A stretch of DNA of 64,000 bases from Octopus sinensis (lineage: Eukaryota). Made by a program: the position numbers and the translations under genes. How positions within the stretch are numbered: position 1 is the first letter of the stretch; every line of letters starts with the position of its first letter. Location of the stretch: positions 94,550,001 through 94,614,000 of the forward strand of contig NC_042998.1 of the NCBI RefSeq assembly GCF_006345805.1, read 5' to 3'. Below are positions 39,150 to 52,115 of this stretch, in pieces. The notes beneath the pieces were generated by a model. The model did not search any database and was not told the DNA's origin. It saw only the letters and a list, made by a program, of their open reading frames with translations.

Positions 39150-40330
39150 TTTGTTCTTTCTGTTTCATGTGAGACTTTCATTTTAGTCAAGTCTCTTCTG
39201 ATGACTTTCTTTTCTGTGTGTATCTTAACTACTCTTTCAAGATTGCTTTTTCAATTATCAACTAATCTTAACTCAACACTAACAGTTATTGCCTGTCTTC
39301 CTCTCTCTCTTCTCATTATCTATTCTCTCTCTCTCTCATTTCCTTATTACTATTATGTTTCTTTGTCTTAGCACCTTAGCTCATCTTACCTACCTTTTTC
39401 AGATGGTATTCTCTCTCATAACTATCACTTAACCACTGTTATTTCTTTTTCCCAACTGTCAAGTCCTCATCTTTTCTTCCTACAATCTCTTATTCTTATC
39501 TTATCTTCTGTCCCACCTTTACCCTCCTCTCCTGCTCCACCTGTCTCATTCACATCCCACTCACCCCTGCTGTTCCATTGGTATCTCATCTACCATGGTC
39601 ATCTTAGTCTTTCTCCATTATTTTGAATTCTGTCTTCTTTGTGCCCCCCTCCCCTCACCAATGTTGCCTACCTTTGTTTAAAACTTTTATTATTTTGCTT
39701 CTGTTTCCACCTCCTTATCACCTCCCATAAATTCTTCTTCTACTTACCATTTTACTCCCTCTAACACACTTCCAACATGTCTCTATTTAACCCCTTCCCC
39801 CTTTTACTACTCTTACCTCCTTGTCTTAAATCTTACACACCTCTTTTATTATTATTTTTTGTTTTTGTTTTTTTTCCTTCCATCTTCCCCTTCCACTTTT
39901 TTTATACCTTTTTCTAATTAACCTCTTTTTGTCCATCTCTTCTCTTCCCTCTTGCTTCTCTAGTTCTCCTTTCCTTCTTTCATTTCCTCACATTTCCTCC
40001 ATCCCTTTCCCTTCTGTCTGCCCCATCCCAACCCACCATCTCCCCTTCTACCTCTCTACCCCTACCTCCATTTCTAGCTCCATAAAACATACAATCTGTT
40101 TTTATTCCATCTTCTCCCATCAGCCCCTGCCCAATCACCTTCTCCTTGTACTGCTATGCACCTATATATCTTGGTCTTCTCTTAAGCACCCTCCTCTTTC
40201 TTACCCATTTCTCCACTTTTTTTCTTTTTCCTTCTTTCGACACACCTTAAGTTTTGAAATTTATTCATTTATTTGTTGTGTTACTTTTTCTCTACTCTCA
40301 TGCAGTCCTGCTATGCTGTAGTGTTGAACA
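39150..40330 (+). repeat. About 1.2-kb strand-asymmetric C/T-rich low-complexity tract
   Basis: Purines are strongly depleted on the + strand and there is no stable repeat unit. Confidence 0.85.
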
Positions 40331-41478
40331 GTTCCATCAGTGTTCTTGCATTTTGCAACAGTAAATAGTTTCACCTACTAAAACATAATCTCACATGCAA
40401 AGCCTTTACTATATTTTAGTTCAGAATATTCAATTCTTTCAACTGATTCTCTGACACCTGCCAACTATTTTAGAGAGCCAGTAGCAACCTAATATCTTCT
40501 TTTGTCTTTCTCATCTTTCCCGTGTTAATATTCATGCATATAGAGATACTTATGTACATACACAGCCTTTTCAGCTTTCTTCACCTTTGTATCCCTTTTA
40601 AAAAGCTACATTACATATTGTGTTCATTCAATAAATCTTTAACCAAGATTTGATTTTAAATTTTTGTGGTAATGAGGTATGATCTACTGTTATAGCAAAA
40701 CTGGAATGAGACAATTGGGCGTATCTGTCTGTATACACTGACAGTTTGGCATGGCTGACTGGACATTCAGCTTTTGTGGTGACAGTTATGTTTTAGCACT
40801 GGAAGCTAACACATATACACCCGTATGCACATGTGCAGGAAAATACACACGAGAGGGAAAGAGAGAGATGGGGGACATTACAGTCTATTTATGTAACATG
40901 ATTGACAAACACTTTCACTTTCATACACAGCAAAATATGCTCATGTGCATTGAGAGAGGGGTGGGGGAAAGAAGGGGGGAAAGCATTAAAATGTCTAATG
41001 TCAAATAAGTTAGCATTGAATACGTGATGCCAAAACAGCTATGCCAGAACATATCCTAGCAAAGCTTTAGGTAGTGTATCAGAGATCAAAACTTGATTGA
41101 AAGGTCTGTTGAGTTCAGAATAATTCTGTCTGAAAAAGGCTTGCATATGATATTAACTGAATCAAAAATCTCTCTGTAGATTATGTAGCTTTATTTGAAA
41201 TCACCTATCTTCCTACATTGCTGTTATATTTCATCTATATGGTGCTGATCAAAGAGCAATAACTCTTGAAATATGCATGTGCACCCATTACCTATTTGTT
41301 CTATCTTTGATCATATTGTTTACATAGATGTATTCGTACATGAAATGGGAACTTTCAGTGCTGGCTCTGAACACTATAGAAAATCTGTAAATGAACTTAA
41401 AAACGAGAACATTGTGCTGCTAACACAAAAGTAAGACAGTATTAACTTGTAAACCTTTATAGAAAACGGACATTAAAT

Positions 41479-42368
41479 TGATTAGCACTCTCTAGTACTT
41501 GTCTGGTACTTTGTTTTATTGACCTTTGCAGGATGGTGATGATTTTCTAAGATAGGCACAAGGCCTGAAATTTGGTGTGAGGGGACTAGCCGATTACATC
41601 GACCCCCAGTGTTTCACTGGTTCTTATTTCATCTACTCTGAAATTTGAATTCTAGCAATGGGCAAAATACCATTAAGCATTTCGTCCAGCATGCTAATAA
41701 TTCTGCCAGCTTGCCACCTTAATAATAATAATAATAATCCTTTCTACTATAGGCACAAGGCCTGAAATTTGGGGGAGGGGGATAGTCAATTACATTGACC
41801 TCAGTACTCATCTGGTACTTAATTTATTGACTCCAAAAGGATGAAAGGGAAAGTCAACCTCGGTGGAATTTGAACTCAAAACATAGTGACAGATGAAATA
41901 CCTTTAAGGATTTCGCCCAGTATTCTAACAATTCTGCCAGCTTGCCACCTAATAATAATAATAATAATGATAATAATAATTTCAAATTTTGCCACCAGGG
42001 CAGCCATTTTGGGAGAGGGGATGAGTCCACTACATCAACCCCAGTGTTCAACTAGTACTTATTTTATCAACCTCAGTGGAATTTGAACTCAGAACGTAGC
42101 ATCAGACAAAATACTAAGCATTTTGCCCAGCATTCTAATGATTCTGCCAGCTCGCGGCCTTAATAATAATAATAGTAATAATAATACACAAAGCCAGCAG
42201 TTTTAGGGGACTGGTGTTTATAGATTATATTGACCCCAATACTTAATAAGTCCAAAAGAATGGAAAGCAAAGTTGACCATGACAGTAGTTAAACCCAGAA
42301 AGTGAAGAGCAGGAAGAAATGTTGTTAAACATTTGATGCTCTAACAATTCTTGCAGCTCTCTGCCTTA
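41479..42368 (-). mobile_element. Head-to-tail cluster of 4-5 SINE family A copies separated by (TAA)n
   Basis: Four repeats of a..attc.gccagct.....cctt followed by aataataat (ending near 41720, 41950, 42168 and 42368), plus a partial copy at 41479. Confidence 0.9.
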
Positions 42369-42842
42369 ATGATGTTTCTTCTTGGTTAGGTGTAAAAGCC
42401 CTGTAATGTGACAACAGTTTCAAATAGGTATTGAAACTCTATTAGGGCTTTAATATGCAGCTTACTCTAATAATGCTCATCCTATTAGTAATATTAATAT
42501 AGTTAATTAGTTAAAATATTTGACCTCTAGTTATAAACAAATATTTAATTATGATGAGTGCTGTTGACTACAGACAGACATAAATAAGCACACAATGTAT
42601 CAGAACTGAAGTATAGTTTATTTCATTCACTCCTCACGCAGTCAATACCTGAGGTGTGTATGGGGACGGAGGGAAATAAATGACACAACTTCTTGTTCCT
42701 CTAAAATAATGCCTCTATATGTAAGCAAAACCAGCCCATAATATTTTATTGTGGAATTGGTGTAACGGTATATTCTTGGCAAATCAGATCTCTAACTCAC
42801 TTCTCATTCTTCGTTGGATTTCTTTTATTTCTTCTCTAACAG

Positions 42843-42855
42843 CTTTTGCAAAGCA
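42843..42855 (+). CDS. Candidate 13-nt microexon (phase 1 to 2, xFAKQ/H)
   Basis: ctaac branch-like motif at about 42792, tttcttttatttcttctctaacag acceptor and perfect |gtaagt donor. Confidence 0.55.
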
Positions 42856-43436
42856 GTAAGTACTATCACCTCCAATTCCCCCTTCTTTATAAACCTAGGA
42901 TTTCATAACTAAATTACAAAATCAACAGCAGATTTACTATCGTTACTCATGATGTAAGAAATTTTATGTTTTTGTTTCTTCCCTTTTTCCCCCTCTTTTC
43001 TTTCCATCATTGAGACATTAAAAATATTATAAACAAAGCTGAAAAGACTTTATTCCTCCTCCTCCTCTTCCTCCTCTTCCATTTGCTTTCTTGAAAGCTT
43101 TGTATTTGCATTGTCTGCTAGTGGTGCAGGCTTGCTGCAAGGGCAAACTAACACAGTGAAGCTAAGTTTAGTGTGGCCAGAAATCAATATCTTTAAAGAG
43201 TTACAGACACAGCTGACTAGATATTCTGTTCTGTGATCACAACTTGTTACTGCTCCAACTTTGTTGTGGTATTTTACTTTTATTAATAGTGCTAGTATGA
43301 TGATGTTGTTATTGCTGCTGTTGTTGTTTCTGGTTTTGTTGTTATGTTTTCCTTTGTTGTTAAAAGTTTTCTGCTGATGTATTTATTCCTAAAAGGACAG
43401 ATTAATATGCAATTAGTTGCTGATATTTAGTTGTAG

Positions 43437-43467
43437 AGTGATGTCTACTCGTCGTCTGAGTGTGCTG
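43437..43467 (+). CDS. Candidate 31-nt exon (phase 2 to 0, xVMSTRRLSVL)
   Basis: gatatttagttgtag acceptor (weak tract), CTG|gtaatg donor; two CpG-containing CGT codons; RRLS matches the PKA consensus. Confidence 0.33.
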
Positions 43468-44303
43468 GTAATGCTAACAATGTTGCTATGGGGTACCGTC
43501 TTTATAAACATATTTTGTAGACTAGCAAGCTTCTGTGTTGTCATTTGATTAGTTTGTAAGAAATAGCAGACTAATCTTCCTCATCTCATACCCTACTTGT
43601 ATCAAATCTGTCTCTCTCTCTCTCTCCCCCTCTCTTTCTCCCTCTCTCTTTCTCCCTATCTCTTTCTCTCTCTCTCTCTCTCTCTCACAAACACACACAC
43701 ACAATGCTCAAGGACACAACACACTACTCAGTCCAGAAATTGAAGTCTTACACATTATGGGCTTCTGCACAGTTTCTATACACCAAATTCCAATTGCAAC
43801 TAATTAGTCAGTGCATGGCTAATAGAAGACACTCACCCAGTGTTGTGGAGTGGAATAATTAAACTTGGAACAACTGGTTACGAAGCAAACCTCTTAACCA
43901 TGCAGCCACATATCAAATTTCACTCATAAGCAAGCAATTAGCCAGTCAAAGACTGAAGCAGAAGATAGTTGTCCAAGGTACTGAGCAGTGGAATTGAACC
44001 TGGAATCACTAGTTGCAAAGCAGGCTTCTTAACCATACAGACATACTTGTCATTGTTGATGTATTTTCATGTTAAGCTAGTGTGATTTCCTAAATGTTTT
44101 CTGGCTGTTTCTGTTGATCTGCAACATTGGTTTTGACACATCTGTTTGTCATTTGGTTGTTCACGTAACATCTACAAGATAATTTAGATATTTGTATAAC
44201 TCCTGTTATGAGAGTTGCAGCATAATTTCGGTAGTTTTTCCTTTATTAAATGTTTTAGTAATAACTACATTCTGACTTGCATGGCAGGTAACCTAGTTCT
44301 TAA

Positions 44304-44525
44304 TCTTTTTGTAACCATATTTCTGTTGCACTACACTCTCTTTATTTCAATTGATTTTGAAAATAATAAAGAATTTAGTAAAATATCTTGGCCAATACTA
44401 AGCTGATGATTAAGACATAATTTAAACAGGGAATTGTAATGAGAAATTTTAATTTAGATCACTTTATATAGAAAGTTTGTTTTGTGGAAGCAGGGCTGGT
44501 CTAGGGCAGGTTGGTATCAAAAAGG
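44304..44525. mobile_element. MITE P1 (decayed)
   Basis: TTAA|tctttttgtaaccatatttctg ... gttggtatcaaaagg|TTAA. Confidence 0.75.
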
Positions 44526-46627
44526 TTAAGTACATTATGAATAATCAAGGCCCTCATTTGGAAACCAGTTTTGTTTTAAGTTCTTATGTAATGTGAAAAT
44601 TATTTTTAATAAATGTCTATACCTACGTGCATGCATATAGTTGTGAAGGAATCATCATTGGTGCAGTATGTAGAAATTGTGACTTAGTTGGTTTGGACTC
44701 GATTAAAAATAGTCTTGACATAGGACTGATAGTGAACTTTTTTGGTTTCATTTGTATTTATTATTCAGACATGATAGAAGTCTTTAAGGATTTCATTCCT
44801 TTGTCTATTCAGATCTATCTTTAATCCATTCTATCCCTCTCAATCTTTCTCTTAAACATTTTGTTACCAGTTCACTCATTGGCATTTGTCATCCAAATCA
44901 AATTTCATTGTCATCAATACATTTATTCAGATAGATTTATATCATCTCTTGCTTTATTTTTCTTGAAATAAGAATCACTTGCTCATTCCCTCCCCCCTCC
45001 CCCAAGTATTAAAACAAGTCTTATTTGTTCAAACTTCTCTCTGAAGACAATCTGTTGCACTAAGATTATCTCGCCTTGAGACTTGGTCGGTACCTAATTC
45101 TTTTCTCTGACACATGTCAGTTGAATATTCTTGCAAAATATATTTTGTTCTTTTATTAGTTTCAAAGTTTTCATTTTATATCCCCCACCCACACCCCCAT
45201 TTCTTGTGTTTTGGGAGATACAAATGAGGATGGGGTTGGCAGGTTGGGTGTTGAGTGTCGCTTCAAGCTCTCTGCCTTTTTAGATAAAATATCAGTCAAG
45301 ACATGTTGAATTTTTTTTTATATTTTGCTTCACTATTCATTTTTGTCATTAGCAAAACAATAGGATGTTAATTTAAACTCCAGTAATATTAATTGGATTT
45401 AGGTGCAAAATCTTACTGTTGCTTTAAGGCCAAATTAGGTTGATGAACTTGAATTTTTGCTCATAGAAAAGATTGAGCTTGTATCTATGAGATAGATTCA
45501 AACAGTTTTGACTCTTTGATTACATAGAATTGAGCAGAAATGAAGAACAGTGTACTGTTAACCAAGTTTATAACTAATTGTTATTGATATTGATATGAAT
45601 GGCATTTTATATGACCCCTTCTGACACTCTTTTAAGTAATTAAACAGAAAATCAATAAAATATGTTTTATATATCAATTGATATGTGGGTGTAGATGCGT
45701 GTATATGTATGTATGTATATATATATATGCACACATCACCCCCCCCCCCTTCTTCTTGATAAATACATAGCAACTTTTATGTATATATATATATATATGG
45801 TCAGCTCGCCTTTGACAGGAAAGAAAAATAGTGAAGTATCTGCTTCTTGGGTTTAAGTGGGTAGATTTTAGGGACAGGGAACCATTTGTAGAACTTAAAT
45901 GTTTGAGTTTTAACTACTATTCAACTAATTTAAACATTGTAAAATATTTGGATGGAAGGAGAATGGGGTAAATTGTTTTGTTTTTTTTCTACCTGCACAA
46001 GAGAGAGCTGAAATGTATATTTACATCTGTTTGTTTAAAAAGTTTTGTCAAAAAATAAATAAAAATAAATAATTTGTCTCAGACTTCTGTTTGACAGTTG
46101 TAATTTTGAGATATTCTAGCTGCATACATTGTGCAGGCATGTAGAAATTAGTTATTTCTTGATTGTTTTATTTTTAAGTCTTCATATAATTGGATTCTAG
46201 TCCTCATTCCACACACTCTTATTCTTTATTGTTGTTCTTTTATTGTTATTTTAGACCTTGACGCTTTGTTTTATGTTCCTTAACGTTATTTTGATATATG
46301 TATGCTTGTATATATGCATGCATATAGCATACATATATATATATATATTTATTCACATATATGCATACATAAATACATATACACTTGTGTGTGTGTGTGA
46401 TGCTGCACAGTTATGCATTCTTCTTCAGCAAATATACTATACAAGACTATAGAAGCTAATGTTTGACCTAACAAGACATTTTTGACATTTTAGTCCTCTG
46501 TATCCTTGCAACTGCTATCATCATCCATCTATGATGTCATTATCTTTGTTGTCAGCAATGATGATGATGATGATATTGTGCGCTCTCTCTCTCTCTCTCC
46601 CCTTCATTCTCTCTCACACACTCTCAG

Positions 46628-46650
46628 ACTAAAACGAACAAAGTTGGAAA
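46628..46650 (+). CDS. Candidate 23-nt microexon (phase 2 to 1, xLKRTKLEx)
   Basis: About 45-nt C/T tract ending ctctcag, AAA|gtaggt donor; 13+23 = 36 nt with the 42843 exon. Confidence 0.5.
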
Positions 46651-47479
46651 GTAGGTTACTACTACATCTGGCAACTTACCATTTGCTATTGACTGATAGC
46701 ATTCATCATGTTTTGTTTCTTAAAACAACATTTCAGTTATTTACTTTCTTGTGAGTAATTTTGCTTTACCAGACATATCCAATTTTTGAAAGCAGAGTGT
46801 TGGATTCGAAACCTCATGTTGTTTAGCTGAACGTATATTTGAATACCCATGATTTGTAGAATGTAAATTGGTAAAGATGTTCTGTAATGGAATAATAGCT
46901 GTTTAGGAAATTCATAGTGTTGAACTTAGGTCTGCATAAAAGCAATAAAAGAATTTTTTAAAAACTTGATGAAAGAGGAAATGCAAAAATAAAGGGCATA
47001 GCCTAAGTCCTAAATGCTAGAATAACTCATTGTGTGTGTGTGTGTGTTTTACTCATAGAATGCTTATTGAATTAGCCAATTTAATATACCCCCATCTTGT
47101 ATAGTATGCTTATTTATGTGGAACATAAGCAAAACTTAGTACACAATTGGTAATTTCCAATCAAAGCCTATAAAATAAATGATTGTGCATTTGTCTTTTG
47201 TCTTCTCCATATTCTAAGATTAAATGCACAAACTTCAAGCTAAAGTACCACCATATTCAACTTCAAATCACTATTATTTCAATTTCCATTTAATATTTTC
47301 CCATTATGACATGGGTTAGCTTTAATCAGATTGACCCATCTGTCAACATATGAAATACAATGAAGGATAAACAAAGATCTTTTGTTTCTCCAAAATGGGA
47401 AGATCTATAAATATCTATGTATTAAACCTGAATACCACACTGAAAGAAAAATTGTAGGAACACAACCAATAATTAGAGG

Positions 47480-48135
47480 TTTTGGCTGTGTGGTTAAGAA
47501 GCTTACTTTGCAATCACATGGTTTGGAGTACATTCCCACTGGGCAAGTACCTTCTACTATAAGCCCAGGCTGACCAATGCATTTTGAGTGGATTTGTGAA
47601 TTTGGTAGGTGGAAACTAGAAGCTCATCATTTTATATGTGTATGTATGTTTGTGTTAGTCCCCTTCTGCTGCTTGACAGCTGGTGTTGGTTTGTTTATGC
47701 CCCAGTAACTTGACAGTTTGGCAAAAAGAGACCAATAGAACAAATACCAAGCTTCAAAAAATTATAATGGGCTTGATTTATTTGACAAACCCCAACATAA
47801 CTGAAGCCCAGGCATGTAAAAAGCACCATCTGAATGTGGCCAATGCCAGCACCACCTTGACTGGCTTCCGTGCTGGTGGCATGTAAAAATCACCAAAACA
47901 CCAACCAATTGTGGCCATTGCCTGCCTCCTCGGGCCCCTGTGCTGGTGGCACATAAAAAGCAACCACTACACTCACAGAGTGGTTGGCGTTAGGAAGAGC
48001 ATCCAGCCGTAGAAACACTACCAGATCTGTCTAGAGCCTGGTGCAGCTTCCTGGCTTCCCAGACCCCGGTCAAACCATCCAACCCATGCTAGCATGAAAA
48101 ACGGATGTTAAACGATGATGATGATGATGATGAAA
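47480..48135 (+). mobile_element. SINE B (47480-47790) followed by SINE C with (TGA)n tail (47800-48135)
   Basis: Diagnostic blocks of both families. Confidence 0.9.
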
Positions 48136-49329
48136 CAGAGTCATTAGTTTCTTAGTAGTGTTGATAACATTCTAGGTCTGCTTAAAACCACCCCTCCCCC
48201 TTCCCCCAAAAATTGATAATAAAGGAGAAAATTCAGAAATAAAAGGGCCTCTAAGTTCTAAATACTATGTTAGTATAAAGTGTAGGAAAATAACATAGAA
48301 CTTAAGCTTATTTAATATTACTTATTTATCTCTACCAGACTTAAGAACCATGCCATATTCTACTTTTGGTATTGCAATGTGAGAAGAAATGGAATATTTG
48401 TAAGAAAAGAGATATTTAGAATTTCAGGTGGAACTTTTCTCATTTGTAAGATCTGCCTAAGATGTGTGGTTTGACATCTTATTGAATCAGGAAATTTAAA
48501 GTTATAATATGCCAGAAGTCTTATCTGGAGTAAACCCTGTTCTTTTGAATGTTCCTCAGAATAAATTACAGTAATTGAACACAAAGCCTAACTTGATGAC
48601 TAGCAATCTTCTAAGAATTATGATATCAAAGAAATGGTTATGTCCAGTATGTAAAAAAAAAAGGAACAGGAATTTAATGTTGAGTTTATGCAAGGACCAC
48701 AATTAAGCAAACTGGGATTCATTCACTCTTTTGTTTGTACTGAAGCAACCAGTAGCTTTGAAGGCTTGCTATTAGCAATAGTCAAATTCTTTAGTAATCA
48801 GAGGGGCACTGATAGGATAGAGGCTTAGTTATAAAAAGGTGCTTGTGAAGTGTTGAAAATTTATCATTGAAAACAAAGTAAATGTATTTGTATTGAACTT
48901 GGAAACAAATAACTAACAAACCTCTGTTGCACTAAAAAGTGTCTGTTCATTAAATATTTTTAGCAGCAAACACTGTATAATGCACATTAATACCACTCTA
49001 TTAATTCACCTATTTGTTTAAGGGTTTTTTATATGTATATATTTTTTAATATATTTCATTTTACTTTCATATGGAATGTGCTAGAATTTGGAAAATTTGT
49101 TTTCCAGTTGCATATGTTCTGAAACACACTGCTACTGCTTTCCTTTTTTACTTGTTTCTGGGGCATAAACAAAGAGTACTGTCTTTAAATGGTACCAGTG
49201 TAAAGGTAACACACATACACAACTTACATGGCTGTTGCTCAAAATCAAGGGTGACTTGGAAGCATGTCTCATGCTTTCACTAAATGTTTTAGGTGCCTGT
49301 ATAGTCATGAGCAGATATAAACACTCTTG

Positions 49330-49530
49330 GTCTTCATTCTTGACCCAGTGGAACAATCAGGATGTGACAGCTGGAGGGAGAAAAAATTGTACCAGCACAA
49401 GAGCAGTACTCATTTCAGCTGAGTTGACTGGAGTCACATGAAATGAAATAACTTGCTCAAGGATGCAACACACTAACAGTCAAGGAATTGAAACCATAAG
49501 TTTATGATCATGAGTCCATTACCTTAATCA
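49330..49530 (-). mobile_element. SINE family D fragment
   Basis: catttcagctgagttgactggagtcacatgaaatgaaataacttgctcaagga...ggaattgaaacc. Confidence 0.65.
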
Positions 49531-51789
49531 CATGGCCTTGTCATCACACACATTATGGGCTTCTGCAGAGTTTCAATCAACAAGATTTCACTTTCAAGTC
49601 CTTGGTAAACTAGAGGTTAAGAAGACACTTGTCCAAGTTACCATGCCATGGAATTAAACCCAAAACCATGTTATTCAAAATCAAATTTCCCAACCACTTA
49701 ACCATCAGCCATGTACAATGTTATAAGACTTGCTCTGTCACTCTAGAGAAAACTACTTTGAATGCATTGCAAAATCTAATGCAGTATAGAATAGTTGTGT
49801 AATCCTGGAGACTGATTCTATGCTGCCAATTATATGCAGAAACCTCAATCCATTCATGTAGATCATCTGTCTGGCAGACAATGAATCAGAGAAAGGAGGA
49901 GGAGAAAAATAAATCAAGTTGGGAATTGAACTTGCATTTTCTGCTGCCACATTTTACCAGTTCAATCAGACTAACAATAAACAAATAAAATGTCACCTTG
50001 TTAATTACCAAAGAATATTATTTATTTATAATTTTCCTAAACACTCAGTGTTAACAGTACAAGAGATTGATGTTTAGCCTTGTGCACCCACATTCCCTTG
50101 TTTCTCTCTGTAAACATCACCTTGACACTATTTGTTTAATTTATTACTTTCTCAGCCACCACTGCCTCAACCAGCAGCAGCACCACCACCACAATGTTCT
50201 TGTTGCTGCTGCTCTTGTGTTCCTTGTTTGTTATTGTCACTGTTGCATCAGCAGTTCATGTTTTAATTGCATTAATAACCAATGAGTGTTATCCCTGTTG
50301 GCTTCTTTTCTCAGCAGCAGCAGTAGTAGCAGCAATGCAGCTCCTTCCCAATCCACTCCTTTTAGTCTGTGAATGACACATAGACCTGTCTAACAATTAA
50401 TTAGAACTAAACTACATACAACTTCAGACTTGGAGCAGGTAGAAATGTGGTGGGGTAGGACAGTTAGAAAAAAAAAACTTTAAATCTTTTTTGTTTTGGT
50501 TTTCTGTCATATTTCTTTTTATTATTTTCCTTAGAAAAACATTGACATATTTCTAGTTGATTTCTTTTATGCAGCATTTTTATTTTTCCCATTTCATTTT
50601 TATTTATTTAACATGTTTTAACATCATGCATACCGTCCTCTTACAGTATCTGTCTGTCTCCAACCTGTACTGTCTTATTTTGTTGAAATTAACTCTTTGT
50701 CTGGCACATACTTTGCTTGTTGAATATAAATGGTGTCAAATTACAAATTTACCTAGAGTTACAAAAGTAATAAAAAAAAAAAAAAAGAATAAAATAAAAA
50801 TGCACCCAGTTTAATTAATGTTCAGAGCTTGCTAGCTAATAAAATTCTTAAGAATTTTATAAAAATCCAAAAGCAAAACTGAATCTTTTCATAAAGATAG
50901 TTTTTCTCACCATCCATTATATATTTATGTGTGTATATTTAACACTGCAATACAGTCTTCAACTTAATGTTATAATCAGCTGTTTTTAAAAATGATATAA
51001 CAGTTAGCTTCAAATTTCTGAATTTTTATTTGAGTCTTATGATATTTCCTCATCATCACCATCAAACACCCACCTTCCCATTCTTGCATGGTTCATACGT
51101 AACTTGTTTTGGTAGATTTCTACAGTTGGATGCCTTTCGTGTTTCCAAGCATGGTAATATTTCCCTATGGTCAAGCATGATTTTCATGCAGAACTAGAAA
51201 GAAAAAAAACAAAACATTGCTTGTATAATGGTAACGCTCATTTATAACCATCAAATGATGTCTAGACAAGGGTGCACAAAAAATACATGCATGTATGTGC
51301 GTGCGCGCGCGCACACACACACACACAAACACACTACAAGCTTCTTTAGTTTCTGACCCACTTGTTTGACCTGGGACTATAGCAGGTGCTTGCCCAGGGT
51401 GGAACTACATCCATGCATGTAAATATGATTCTCTCTCTCTCTTTCTCTCTCTCTCTCTATATATATATATGGGTGGTGATGAGGTGGAGTATCCTTGTCA
51501 TTTGACAATAAGGATTCAGCTGTTTGATCAATTGTACAATCCACCCCACAGGCTTATCTGCTGTTTCCATTGTTCCAATTTCACTCAATAGATAAGGGTC
51601 AACCTGAGGCTATAGAAAGTGAAATTTGTTTAAGATGTCATTCTGTGACATCTTAAACAAACCAAGGGCCTCATGGTTGTAAAATGAAATGAAACCACCT
51701 GCATGCAAGTGTATGTGTGTATTACCCTCGTTGTGGCCAGGTTCTGCATTCAACACTTCTTCTGCTCCTTCCTTCCCAGAACATCAGTT

Positions 51790-51818
51790 CCCTGCTCTTA
51801 TTTTTCAAACAGGTATTG
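51790..51818 (+). other. 3' splice site abutting a GT (CAG|GTATTG), second candidate recursive site
   Basis: ccctgctcttatttttcaaacag ends at 51812, followed by GTATTG (moderate donor). Confidence 0.25.
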
Positions 51819-51936
51819 ACTTACACGAGGAACATTTGTGGCATTGATCTTGCTGATTAAGGATACCCTGAGAAGCCTAAGGGCACTGCCCCTTTCTCCA
51901 GATTCAACAAATAATTCTTTCTCTTTCTCTTTCCAG

Positions 51937-51966
51937 TTGCAGTATCTCTTATGAAAAACACTATTG
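51937..51966 (+). CDS. Weak candidate 30-nt microexon, phase 1-1, xAVSLMKNTIx
   Basis: Strong acceptor tctttctctttctctttccag but weak donor TTG|gttgat. Confidence 0.25.
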
Positions 51967-52052
51967 GTTGATATTGCATATTAATAACCCACACTATATT
52001 GTTATATAGTAATTAATGTCCACCTTTCAATCTTATGCTTTCAATATTGCAG

Positions 52053-52115
52053 CAGAATTTGTGTTGAGTGACATACTTCAGCCATCATTTGCAGGGATTT
52101 TTCTTCCTCATGTGG
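52053..52115 (+). CDS. Candidate 63-nt cassette exon, phase 1-1, xEFVLSDILQPSFAGIFLPHVx
   Basis: tcttatgctttcaatattgcag acceptor (NAGNAG, with TGC motifs) and TGG|gtaact donor. Multiple of 3; only phase 1 is open. Confidence 0.5.

Noticed and set aside
48620-48720. KKWLCPVCKK zinc-finger-like peptide
   Set aside because: Short, stop-interrupted and without splice signals; more likely a remnant of a LINE-borne Cys-rich domain.
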